From a candidate division WOR-3 bacterium (GTDB lineage Bacteria; Hydrothermota; Tepidihabitantia; Tepidihabitantales; CAIPLT01): 64,000 nt of DNA. The notes beneath the pieces are model-generated. The model did not search any database. It had not been told where the DNA came from and saw nothing but the letters and a program-made list of their open reading frames with translations. Numbering within the stretch: position 1 is the first letter of the stretch; each line of letters starts with the position of its first letter. Where the stretch lies: the NCBI GenBank assembly GCA_965649215.1, contig CBFGJZ010000006.1:3108-67107 (forward strand), given 5' to 3'. This document shows, piece after piece, positions 1-9,045 of this stretch. The position numbers and the translations under genes were made by a program.

Positions 1-85
1 TTTTTAATGATAAAAATCAAATTGATTATGTAATGTTTTTAATAAAACAAGCATATGATAAACAGTCTGATGAACAAATTGAATA

Positions 86-3000
86 ATGCCTAAAATCATT
101 ACTGAATCTGAAGTTGAAATCGCAGTTCTGGATATTCTAAAGGATTTAGGATATTCGGTTTTTTATGGTCCAGATATTTCTGAAGGCGGTCTGTTTGCGG
201 AACGAAATTATAATGAAGTGGTTTTGACCAGAAGGTTAAGAGATGCTTTAGAAAATATTAATCCTGATATTCCTAGTTTAGCAATCGACGAAGCAATTAA
301 AAAGATTATAAGAACCGACAGCCAAAATTTAACTCTTAATAATCAGTCTTTTCATAAGATGGTTACAAACGGCGTAGCGGTTGAATACCGACGGAAAGAT
401 GGCAGTATTAAGCATGATATTGTTTGGCTCTTTGACTTTAATAACATTGAAAATAATGAGTTTTTGGCAGTTAATCAATTTACTGTAGTTGAAGAGCGTA
501 ATACCCGAAGACCAGATATTGTTTTGTTTGTTAATGGCCTGCCAATTGTGCTGATTGAGTTAAAGAACCCAACTGATGAGAATGCGACAATTTGGTCCGC
601 ATATAATCAGTTTGAGACCTATAAACAGCAGATTCCATCTTTGTTTAGATTTAATGAAGTTTTGGTTATCAGCGATGGTTGGGAAGCAAGGGCAGGAACT
701 TTGACATCTAACAAAGAGCGATTTTCGCCCTGGAAAACGATTAATGGACAAAAGATGCCCGAATATTTTTCACAACTGGAAGTGCTTTTAAGAGGAATGT
801 TAAACAAAGAAGTTTTATTGGATTTAATCCGACATTTTATCGTGTTTGAGATTGATAAAGATAAGAAAGACGGAAACCTAAAAATTTCTAAGAAACTGGC
901 GATTTATCATCAGTATAATGCGGTAAATAACGCGATTAAATCAACAATCCGAGCATTGGCATTAGATAATTTAAAAGTCAGTGAATCACCTGAACGATAT
1001 GGTCTGCCATCAGTACAAGAACAACCAAAAGGCGATAAAAGGGGAGGTGTGGTCTGGCATACTCAAGGTTCAGGTAAAAGTTTGATAATGGTATTTTTTG
1101 TTGGCAAACTGATTTTACAACCAGAACTGGAAAATCCTACTATCATACTTCTAACTGACCGAAATGATTTAGATGACCAGTTATTCGAAACATTTAACCG
1201 ATGTCAGGAACTTATAAGACAAGAGCCCAAACAGGCAGAATCCCGAGAAGATATTCAGGAACTTTTGAAAGTCTCATCTGGTGGGATTATATTTACCACA
1301 ATTCAAAAATTCTTACCAGAAATTAAAGGAACAAGATATCCATTGTTATCTGACCGAAGAAATATTATTGTGATTGCGGATGAAGCACACCGAAGCCAGT
1401 ATGATTTTATTGATGGTTTTGCCCGTCATATTAGAGATGCACTACCGAACGCAACTTTTATCGGATTTACGGGTACTCCAATTGAAAAAGCAGACCGAAG
1501 TACACCAGCAGTATTCGGTAATTATGTTGATATTTATGATATCCAACAAGCGATCAATGATAAAGTTACGGTGCCAATTTTTTATGAAAGTAGACTTGCG
1601 AAACTGGAACTAAAACCCGAAGAACGACCGCATATTGATGAAGATTTTGAAGAGGTTACTGAAGGTGAAGAGATTGAACATAAAGAACGATTGAAAACTA
1701 AATGGGCAAGATTAGAGAAGATTGTCGGGGCAGAAAATCGAATCAAAAGAATTGCCGATGACATTGTCAAACATTGGGAAAATAGATTGTCTGTGATTGA
1801 TGGTAAAGCAATGATTGTTTGTATGAGCCGAAGAATATGTATTGATTTGCACAATGAAATAGTGAAATTAAGACCCCAATGGTATCATAAAGATGATGAT
1901 AAAGGCATTATCAAAGTCGTAATGACTGGTTCAGCAACTGACCCCCTTGAATGGCAAGAACATATTCGAAATAAAGAAAGGCGGAGGGCAATTGGTGAAA
2001 GGATGAAAGACCCATCTGACCCAATGAAAATTGCGATTGTGCGGGATATGTGGCTAACTGGATTTGATGCCCCAAGTTTGCATACAATGTATATTGATAA
2101 ACCAATGCGCGGGCATGGATTAATGCAAGCCATTGCACGAGTAAATCGGGTTTTTAAAGATAAAAACGGCGGTTTAATTGTTGATTATATCGGTATTGCG
2201 GTTGATTTGCAAAAAGCAGTTGTCCAGTATACTGAAAGCGGTGGCAAAGGTAAACCAGTTTTTTACCAAGAAGAAGCAGTGAAAATATTACTTGAACAAT
2301 ATGAAATAATTAAAGAGATGTTTTATGGCTTTGATTATACCAAATTTTTCAAACTAGACACAAACGAGAAAATTCTCTTTCTACGGGAAGCAATGGAACA
2401 TTTACTACAACAACCCGATGGTAAAGAACGGTTCTTAAGAAATGTCAAGAAATTATTGTCGGCATTTGCGCTGGCAGTTCCCAATGAAGAAGCATTGGCA
2501 ATAAAAGACGATGTTGGTTTGTTTCAAGCGATAAAATCAATGATTGCAAAATCAACCCCAACATCAGAAAAAGAGCAAGAAGATATTGAGTCGGCAATCA
2601 AGCAAATATTATCGAGAGCAATTGTTTCAGACCGAGTGATTGATATATTTGCGGCAGCAGGACTACAAAAACCTGACTTATCAATTTTATCGGATGAATT
2701 TTTAGCCGAAATAAAGGGTATGCCCCAGAAAAATCTAGCATTTGAAATGCTGAAAAAATTATTGAATGATGAAATAAAAATAAAATTCCGGAAAAATATC
2801 GTTGAGGCAAAGAGATTTTCTGAGTTGTTAGAAGAAGCAATTAAAAAATATATTAACCGAACAATTGAAACCGCCCAAATTATTGAAGAGTTGATTAACC
2901 TTGCCAAAGAAATGAAAGCAGCCCACCAAAGAGGTGAACAATTAAATCTATCTGAAGATGAATTGGCATTTTATGATGCATTGGAAGTTAATGATAGTGC

Positions 3001-3235
3001 GGTGAAAATTCTTGGAGATGAAGTGTTACGAACAATCGCAAGAGAGTTATTTGAAACCGTGAGAAGAAATATTACCATTGATTGGACATTGAGAGAAAAT
3101 GTTCAGGCAAAATTAAGGGTGATGGTCAAAAGAATATTAAAGAAATTCGGTTATCCGCCAGATAAACAGCAAAAAGCAACTGATTTGGTATTAGAACAAG
3201 CCAAAGTGATTTGTAAAGATTTAGTTGCCGCTTAA
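86..3235 (+). CDS. hsdR: Type I restriction-modification system endonuclease R subunit (HsdR); start ATG overlaps the stop of an upstream same-strand gene (probably hsdS or hsdM, outside window)
   Basis: 1049 aa; N-terminal HsdR-N-like region, DEAH helicase motif (IADEAHRSQ), motif VI-like QAIARVNR, typical length for type I R subunits. Confidence 0.85.
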   Translation: MPKIITESEVEIAVLDILKDLGYSVFYGPDISEGGLFAERNYNEVVLTRRLRDALENINPDIPSLAIDEAIKKIIRTDSQNLTLNNQSFHKMVTNGVAVEYRRKDGSIKHDIVWLFDFNNIENNEFLAVNQFTVVEERNTRRPDIVLFVNGLPIVLIELKNPTDENATIWSAYNQFETYKQQIPSLFRFNEVLVISDGWEARAGTLTSNKERFSPWKTINGQKMPEYFSQLEVLLRGMLNKEVLLDLIRHFIVFEIDKDKKDGNLKISKKLAIYHQYNAVNNAIKSTIRALALDNLKVSESPERYGLPSVQEQPKGDKRGGVVWHTQGSGKSLIMVFFVGKLILQPELENPTIILLTDRNDLDDQLFETFNRCQELIRQEPKQAESREDIQELLKVSSGGIIFTTIQKFLPEIKGTRYPLLSDRRNIIVIADEAHRSQYDFIDGFARHIRDALPNATFIGFTGTPIEKADRSTPAVFGNYVDIYDIQQAINDKVTVPIFYESRLAKLELKPEERPHIDEDFEEVTEGEEIEHKERLKTKWARLEKIVGAENRIKRIADDIVKHWENRLSVIDGKAMIVCMSRRICIDLHNEIVKLRPQWYHKDDDKGIIKVVMTGSATDPLEWQEHIRNKERRRAIGERMKDPSDPMKIAIVRDMWLTGFDAPSLHTMYIDKPMRGHGLMQAIARVNRVFKDKNGGLIVDYIGIAVDLQKAVVQYTESGGKGKPVFYQEEAVKILLEQYEIIKEMFYGFDYTKFFKLDTNEKILFLREAMEHLLQQPDGKERFLRNVKKLLSAFALAVPNEEALAIKDDVGLFQAIKSMIAKSTPTSEKEQEDIESAIKQILSRAIVSDRVIDIFAAAGLQKPDLSILSDEFLAEIKGMPQKNLAFEMLKKLLNDEIKIKFRKNIVEAKRFSELLEEAIKKYINRTIETAQIIEELINLAKEMKAAHQRGEQLNLSEDELAFYDALEVNDSAVKILGDEVLRTIARELFETVRRNITIDWTLRENVQAKLRVMVKRILKKFGYPPDKQQKATDLVLEQAKVICKDLVAA

Positions 3236-3444
3236 TTTTTATTTCTGTTAAAATTTATCTCTTCTCCCATTTTTTCTTAAACTTCTTTTTATTTATTTTT
3301 TTTTATTTTTTTTGTCCAAAAAATCGCGGTGAGTCCGTCATAGATAGATGGTGAGAGTAAATAGTTATCAAAGCCGACGATTTTTTATCTTTGGCAATAT
3401 GGCTTATTTATTCTTGCCTAAATCAGTTCTCAGAAAGGACTTCT

Positions 3445-3852
3445 ATGAAAGACTCACTTTTTGCGAAAAAGATTGAGTACCAACGGGCCATTGCCCGCTT
3501 AAACCAACGCATTAAAGAACTCCAAGATAAAGTCCGACAATTTAAAGCTAAAGAGAAAGTTGTTGACTCACGCATTCATTTGGATATGCTTAATAATAAT
3601 ATCACTGCTTATCAAACCCTCAATTATCAATTTGAATTGAGTCGTGATGTTATCAGCCAAATCATTGAAAGTGAACGCGAAACGGCAATGAAATATGATA
3701 AACGCTATCAGATTGGCTTATTTCATACTGTGATTAATGGCATGCGACTGAAACAATGGGTGCGTAAGACTTTAGAGCAGAACCAGAAACCACCGAATTT
3801 TGTGAAATATGACGAGTTTGTAAAAATTATCGCAAGACCGCTTAACGAATAG
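3445..3852 (+). CDS. Hypothetical coiled-coil protein; the ORF track starts at 3391, but AAAGGA 6 nt upstream of the ATG at 3445 favours the shorter form
   Basis: Intact ORF, RBS-like AAAGGA upstream of MKDSLF, local GC about 45 % versus about 35 % flanking; no recognisable family. Confidence 0.5.
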   Translation: MKDSLFAKKIEYQRAIARLNQRIKELQDKVRQFKAKEKVVDSRIHLDMLNNNITAYQTLNYQFELSRDVISQIIESERETAMKYDKRYQIGLFHTVINGMRLKQWVRKTLEQNQKPPNFVKYDEFVKIIARPLNE

Positions 3853-3871
3853 GGCAGGCCTGACTACTACT

Positions 3872-3894
3872 CGGGGTCTTGCCCCGGGGTTTTG
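3872..3894 (+). terminator. GC-rich hairpin (cgggg-tcttg-ccccg) followed by a short T-run; putative intrinsic terminator or attenuator between the two small genes
   Basis: Perfect 5-bp GC stem, overlapping palindrome ccccgggg, then gtttt. Confidence 0.4.
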
Positions 3895-3955
3895 GGTATT
3901 ACAGCCAAAAATTAATTTTGGATATCACTTTTATAAAGAAAGGAGGTGATATTTA

Positions 3956-4327
3956 ATGGGTGTTAGACCAGCATCAAGACGATTAGAAAAATGGGATAAT
4001 AACTTTTCGGGTGATGTTTTATCAGAACGAATGAAGAATTATAAAGATAAGATGCGCGAACAACTCTCTAATATCTTTCCCTTGCAAGAGACCTTAGAAA
4101 ATGAAGTTAAGACCATTCTTGCTGAAGCCGGTACTTCCACAGTCTTAAATCCTGCGTACTTGAATTTTGGGCGAGAAGTGTTAAAACTCTGCCAAAAGTT
4201 TTCGGGTGGCCAGTTGATTAATGCTGTGGATGTCGTGTTGAATAAATGGGTGGCACGAGCATTAGACCGTGATATTTTAGAGCGCATTCGTAATACGGTC
4301 TTTGCGTTAGTTGGACCATCGCCATAA
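3956..4327 (+). CDS. Hypothetical protein (123 aa) with strong Shine-Dalgarno AAAGGAGGTGA
   Basis: Intact ORF, canonical RBS 8 nt upstream, GC-elevated; no recognisable domain. Confidence 0.55.
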   Translation: MGVRPASRRLEKWDNNFSGDVLSERMKNYKDKMREQLSNIFPLQETLENEVKTILAEAGTSTVLNPAYLNFGREVLKLCQKFSGGQLINAVDVVLNKWVARALDRDILERIRNTVFALVGPSP

Positions 4328-4349
4328 GAATTTAATAAATATAATACTA

Positions 4350-4671
4350 CTGTCGGTAAGATTGCTTCAGTCGCTTCACTCCTTCGCAATGACAAAAACG
4401 GGACTGTATGTAAGATTGCTTCAGTCGCTTTGCTCCTTCGCAATGACTAAAGGGTAAATGTCATTGCGAGCGAATGTAATGAGCGTGGCAATCTTGCCGA
4501 CAGTGAGAAAAAGAGAATACAAAGACACTATGATGATTAAGGGATTTTTACCGGCTGTAAGATTGCTTCAGTCGCTTTGCTCCTTCGCAATGACAAAAAC
4601 GGGACTGTATGTAAGATTGCTTCAGTCGCTTTGCTCCTTCGCACTGACGAGACTTGGAGTCTTGCCGACAG
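4350..4671. repeat. Cluster of palindromic repeat units. Four direct copies of a 38-nt unit (gtaagattgcttcagtcgctttgctccttcgcaatgac) lie at 4356-4393, 4410-4447, 4557-4594 and 4611-4648. The first two and the last two are each separated by an identical 16-nt spacer. An inverted, diverged copy lies at 4460-4505, and the cluster is bounded by ctgtcgg / ccgacag terminal inverted sequences.
   Basis: Read directly from the sequence. The spacer aaaaacgggactgtat is identical at 4394-4409 and 4595-4610. The same unit recurs at 8945-8982. Confidence 0.85.
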
Positions 4672-4684
4672 TAAAGATTAAATA

Positions 4685-5314
4685 ATGCGTAATAGTTATA
4701 AGAATTTTATTGTGCTTTGCGAAAGGGATATTCGCAAGCATTTTGAAATCTCGTATAATTCTGTATTAGTCCTACGCCAAATCTTTTTCTACCAACAAGG
4801 CAACTTAAAGAAGTGTATTGCATCAAAACCGACCTTATGTAAGCATGCGCAGATTTCCAAACGCTCGTTATATTATTGCTTAAAAGAACTGCAACTTAAA
4901 AATCTTATTCATCGCCAGCGCCGAAGTATTATCGTCAGCAATACTTTTTTACGCTATCTCAAGTATCTTTACGAACTATACGAACGCTGTTTAACTTGGG
5001 CCGAATTTCATAAAATTAAACTCCAATGGTTCTGGAAGAGATGCGGCCAAAGTATGGAAAAGTTATTCTGTTATCTTCGGGGTAATAGTGAGACTTGCAC
5101 TTATCAGTTAAAAAAATTGCACCCTAACAGTAGATTAAACTCTTCTCATGAGTTTAATATGAACAGTAGAAGCCGTCTTCGTTTGCGGTTATTAATCCAA
5201 CAAGAATTAGAGCGCTTATCCGCTCATGAATTAAAGCAATTATATTTAGATAAACTGAATAATACCCGAAGTTTACAAAAGATTAGTATTAATAGTTTAT
5301 CGGTATTGAGATGA
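4685..5314 (+). CDS. Hypothetical protein with a predicted helix-turn-helix (…CKHAQISKRSLYYCLKELQLKNLI…); start uncertain and no clear RBS
   Basis: Intact 209-aa ORF directly 5' of the ECF sigma gene; HTH-like segment; basic, Cys/Tyr-rich. Confidence 0.4.
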   Translation: MRNSYKNFIVLCERDIRKHFEISYNSVLVLRQIFFYQQGNLKKCIASKPTLCKHAQISKRSLYYCLKELQLKNLIHRQRRSIIVSNTFLRYLKYLYELYERCLTWAEFHKIKLQWFWKRCGQSMEKLFCYLRGNSETCTYQLKKLHPNSRLNSSHEFNMNSRSRLRLRLLIQQELERLSAHELKQLYLDKLNNTRSLQKISINSLSVLR

Positions 5315-5327
5315 TTCTCTTCTTCAT

Positions 5328-5816
5328 TTGCCTGATTATAATCTCCTACGCGAATGGTATCAGCAATATCGCTTTGCGTTATGGCACTATATTAAAAAAC
5401 GGATTAAGAATTATGACGATGCCCAAGATTTATTGAGTGAAGTTTTTAAGCGAATGATTACCCATGCCGACAGTCTAAAAGATATCAAAAAGGTTAAAAG
5501 CTGGCTCTGGCAAATTGCTCATCATTTAATTGTTGACTATTATCACCGCCAACACTACCAACGCAATCAGGTAGTTTCGTTAAGTGAAGACAATGAAAAT
5601 AATCTTATCGCAAAAAGTGAGAATCTGCTCTTAAATAGTGCGGTTCAAAAGACGCTTAATAAACTACCCAAAGCCCAAGCCCAACTTTTGATTTTACGAC
5701 ACTTTGAAAATCGGGATATTGCCGAAATCGCACAAATTACTAATAAAACTCAAAGTGCGACTTATAAAGCACTGCGCCGCGCCGAAGCGCATTTTAAGAA
5801 AATATATCATCCTTGA
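5328..5816 (+). CDS. RNA polymerase ECF-type sigma-70 factor (orphan; no anti-sigma gene follows)
   Basis: Sigma-70 region 2 (DAQDLLSEVF…WLWQIAHHLIVDYY) and region 4 (RDIAEIAQITNKTQSATYKALRRA) signatures. Confidence 0.75.
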   Translation: MPDYNLLREWYQQYRFALWHYIKKRIKNYDDAQDLLSEVFKRMITHADSLKDIKKVKSWLWQIAHHLIVDYYHRQHYQRNQVVSLSEDNENNLIAKSENLLLNSAVQKTLNKLPKAQAQLLILRHFENRDIAEIAQITNKTQSATYKALRRAEAHFKKIYHP

Positions 5817-5923
5817 CATCAGCGTATTTTAAGGTATAGTTATATATTATAATTATTTGGGCAATCTAATTGAGTTAAGATTCCCCACATAATTGTAAAG
5901 TTAATAAATACAAAGGAGCGAAT

Positions 5924-6946
5924 ATGAAAAACATAATAATCGCCATAAGTCTCATTATGGTATCGGTTTTGCCAATGCGAGCCCAAGAAAGCGAACCGTT
6001 ATTTTTAGTTATGCAAGACGGTCTCTATGGTTATATTAATAAAAAGGGTGAAATTAAAATTGAGCCCCAATTTGAACTTGCGCGGGATTTTTCCGAAGGA
6101 TTAGCAGTGGTCGGCATTGATGATCGGTTTGGATTTATTGATATGACCGGCAAATTAGTCATTCCTGCTGAATTTGACGAAGTTAAGGATTTTTCCGAAG
6201 GATTGGCGGCCGTAAGTACTACTACCCGCACCGGCTTTATCAATAAAAAGGGTGAATGGGTGATTGATAAATATTTTTATATGCCTTTATCTGACCTTCG
6301 CTTTAAAGAAGGACTGTGTGCTATCAGAGTCAGTGATAAATACGGCTATTGGGATAAGACCGGCAAGACGGTTATTGATTATAAATATGATTATGCTGCC
6401 AATTTTAATGAAGGCTTGGCAAAAGTGCGAATTAAAAAAACATATGAAGAAAAAGACGGCTTTATTGATAAAAAGGGTAAAGTCGTTGTGCCGATTGAAT
6501 ATGATATGGTCTTAGATTTTTCTGAAGGGCGGGCTGCCGTCAAAAAAGACCGCGAGTGGAGTTATATTGATAAAAATAATAAGACCGTCTTAACTACTGA
6601 GTATGAAGATGTCGGCAGTTTTCACGAAGGATTGGCAAAGTTTAAAGACTCAGATGAAAAATACGGCTTTATCAATACCAAAGGCGAAGTCGTAATTGAA
6701 GCACAGTTTGACCATGTTGATGACTTTTCTGAAGGACTGGCAGGATTCTGGAATGAAGAGTGGAATGATGAGCTCTATGACTATGAATACCTATATGGCT
6801 ATATCAATACCAAAGGCGAAGTCGTAATTGAACCTAATTATGAGATTGCCTATAAATTTAAACACGGCATTGCCAAAGTAGAAGTTGATGGCAAAATCGG
6901 ATATATTGATAAAAACGGCAAATATATCTGGCCCCCAAGCGAATAA
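5924..6946 (+). CDS. Secreted WG-repeat (KWG/Leptospira-type) protein with N-terminal signal peptide
   Basis: About ten tandem ~30-aa repeats of the form YG(Y/F)I(N/D)KKGEVVIEPQF…DFSEGLA(A/V)V; hydrophobic N-terminus. Confidence 0.75.
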   Translation: MKNIIIAISLIMVSVLPMRAQESEPLFLVMQDGLYGYINKKGEIKIEPQFELARDFSEGLAVVGIDDRFGFIDMTGKLVIPAEFDEVKDFSEGLAAVSTTTRTGFINKKGEWVIDKYFYMPLSDLRFKEGLCAIRVSDKYGYWDKTGKTVIDYKYDYAANFNEGLAKVRIKKTYEEKDGFIDKKGKVVVPIEYDMVLDFSEGRAAVKKDREWSYIDKNNKTVLTTEYEDVGSFHEGLAKFKDSDEKYGFINTKGEVVIEAQFDHVDDFSEGLAGFWNEEWNDELYDYEYLYGYINTKGEVVIEPNYEIAYKFKHGIAKVEVDGKIGYIDKNGKYIWPPSE

Positions 6947-7039
6947 TTAGCCAATAGGATAGATTTCTTATAACCCTTTAATAGATAATAACTTAAACAT
7001 TATTGACTTATACCTTATTCTTAGGTATAATGATTAGTT

Positions 7040-8659
7040 ATGTGGGCTTTAAAGCCGATTGATTCAGAAGAACGGGCATTAGCATTAGCAAACGAACTTA
7101 AAATTCATCCTGCGTTGGCACGGGTTCTCTATGTGCGGGATATTAAGACAGTTGAGCAAGCCAATAAGTTTTTTAATGCAACCTTAAATGACCTTTACCC
7201 GTATCATGCATTACCTGATATTGATAAGGCAATTGAACGGATTATTTCTGCCATTAAGCGCAAAGAGAAGATTGTTATCTGGGGTCATGAGGATTTAGAC
7301 GGCATAACTTCAGTAGTAATCTTATATGAGACCATCAAGGCATTACAAGGCCAACCAATGTACCATATTCCATCCAAAGGTAAGGATAAGCACGGGTTAA
7401 GTGTGGAAAAAGCCCAAGAATTTGCTCAAAATGGTGTCAAATTGATTATTACGGTTGATTGTGGTATTACTAATCTTAAAGAGATTGATGAGATTAATAA
7501 ATTGGGGATAGATGTGATTATCACTGACCATCATGAAATATTAGATAGGCTACCTAATGCGATTGCCAATATTGACCCAAAACGACCAGATTCTCCTTAT
7601 CCCTTCCAATTTTTAGCCGGTTGTGGCATTGCGTTTAAGTTAGCAGTCGGTTTAGTTGATAAATGCTTAAATGTTAATATTAACGAATTACTTGCCTTAA
7701 AACCTGATTTTTTAGCCTATCTGGCATTAGGTACAATTAGTGATCGGGTGCCATTGGTTGATGAGAATCGAATTTTAGCAAAATATGGTTGGCAACAATT
7801 CCAAAAGGTTAAAAATCCTGCGATTTTAGCAATTTTAGAGATTAGTAAGATTAATCCATCAAAAATGACTTATGAGCAGTTTTTTTCAGATATCGTACCA
7901 ATCTTTTCATCTGCTAATGGTAATTTGGCATGCGAATACTTTTTACATAAAGATTATCAAGACTGTTTGAACTGGGTAAGTGAATTATTAGCCCAAAGCC
8001 AAGCCTGGCAAAAAGAAGCCCGTGAAAATTTAGCATTAGCCGAAGAGATTGCTGATATCACACCGGGTATTATCTTTGTCCGAGACGAACGGCTATCTTT
8101 ACGGGTTTTAGGCCATATTGCCGGTAAGTTAAAAGACCGCTATCAATTGCCAACCTTGGTCTTAGGTTATAAAAATGGCGATTGGGTAGGCGAATGTCGG
8201 GGCATAAATGGGGTTGATTTAATTGCGCTTCTTAAAGCCCATAGTAATTATTTTAGTGCTTATGGCGGACATAAAAAAGCCTGTGGCTTTACAATTGCTG
8301 ATAAAGATGTCCAGAAATTTATTAAAAGTGCGAAAAAATATGCCAAAGAGCATTTTGTCGGTAATATTATCTCAGAGAATAAAGTCGCACCTGAAGCAAT
8401 CCTTCCCTTAAATGAACTTAAAGAAGACTTCTTATCTTTAATGCCTTTTGGAGAAAATAATCCCACCCCGATTTTAATCAGTCCTAACACAACCATTATC
8501 AGCACAAATTATCGTTTTATCCTACCCGAACGGAATGATTTAGAGATCATTAATAATACGGAACAGTCGTTTAATCATGATAAGATTAATGGCAATCTGC
8601 TCTATACTTTTAATGAGCAATTGGTCGTCTCAGTACTTAAGATAGAAAAGAATAATTAA
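7040..8659 (+). CDS. recJ: Single-stranded-DNA-specific exonuclease RecJ (DHH/DHHA1 phosphoesterase)
   Basis: DHH motifs (GHEDLDGITS, ITDHHE), DHHA1 GGHKKACG, length 539 aa. Confidence 0.8.
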   Translation: MWALKPIDSEERALALANELKIHPALARVLYVRDIKTVEQANKFFNATLNDLYPYHALPDIDKAIERIISAIKRKEKIVIWGHEDLDGITSVVILYETIKALQGQPMYHIPSKGKDKHGLSVEKAQEFAQNGVKLIITVDCGITNLKEIDEINKLGIDVIITDHHEILDRLPNAIANIDPKRPDSPYPFQFLAGCGIAFKLAVGLVDKCLNVNINELLALKPDFLAYLALGTISDRVPLVDENRILAKYGWQQFQKVKNPAILAILEISKINPSKMTYEQFFSDIVPIFSSANGNLACEYFLHKDYQDCLNWVSELLAQSQAWQKEARENLALAEEIADITPGIIFVRDERLSLRVLGHIAGKLKDRYQLPTLVLGYKNGDWVGECRGINGVDLIALLKAHSNYFSAYGGHKKACGFTIADKDVQKFIKSAKKYAKEHFVGNIISENKVAPEAILPLNELKEDFLSLMPFGENNPTPILISPNTTIISTNYRFILPERNDLEIINNTEQSFNHDKINGNLLYTFNEQLVVSVLKIEKNN

Positions 8660-8681
8660 ATATCTCCTGTAAAAATACTAG

Positions 8682-8988
8682 GCAAAGACATTATGCAAGG
8701 TAACCTATGTCATGCTGAATTTATTTCAGCATCTCAAGGCCATAGACCTTGAAACAAGTTCAGGGCGACAGTTAAGTATAGCAAATTCAGGGTGACAGTT
8801 AGGAAGACAACAAATAATAAAAGACACGAAGATACAAAGTAATATGTCATTGCGCTGTTGCCGAAAGGCAACCCTGGCAATCTTGCCGACAGTGAAAATC
8901 AGATAACATAAAGACACTAAGATGATTAAGGGACTTTTACCGGCTGTAAGATTGCTTCAGTCGTTTCACTCCTTCGCAAAGACATTAT
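8682..8988. repeat. Second locus of the palindromic repeat family. A complete ~137-nt element sits at 8846-8982: an inverted arm gtcattgcg…ggcaatcttgccgacagtg, a conserved core …aagacactaagatgattaagggacttttaccggct, then the 38-nt unit. The 14-bp direct repeat gcaaagacattatg at 8682-8695 and 8975-8988 flanks a region containing related fragments.
   Basis: The core and arms align with 4460-4594. The 14-mer duplication is read directly from the sequence. A local hairpin lies at 8709-8730 (atgctgaa-tttat-ttcagcat). Confidence 0.8.
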
Positions 8989-9045
8989 GTTTTAGATTGA
9001 ATTTGACATTTATTTGGATTATGATTATCATTTTATTGAGAAATT

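Noticed and set aside
1-85. Absence of hsdM/hsdS partners for hsdR
   Set aside because: A same-strand ORF ends at 83-85 and overlaps the hsdR ATG. The partner genes are most likely just upstream of the window, so hsdR is probably not orphan.
4350-4671. Possible CRISPR array (38-nt direct repeats separated by 16-nt spacers)
   Set aside because: The two spacers are identical to each other and far too short. An inverted copy of the repeat lies within the cluster. The same unit recurs as a single copy elsewhere. No cas genes are nearby. The structure fits a palindromic MITE/REP-like element.
4458-4685. 75-aa ORF on the plus strand
   Set aside because: It lies entirely within the palindromic repeat cluster, and its sequence is dictated by the repeats. 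It is almost certainly spurious.
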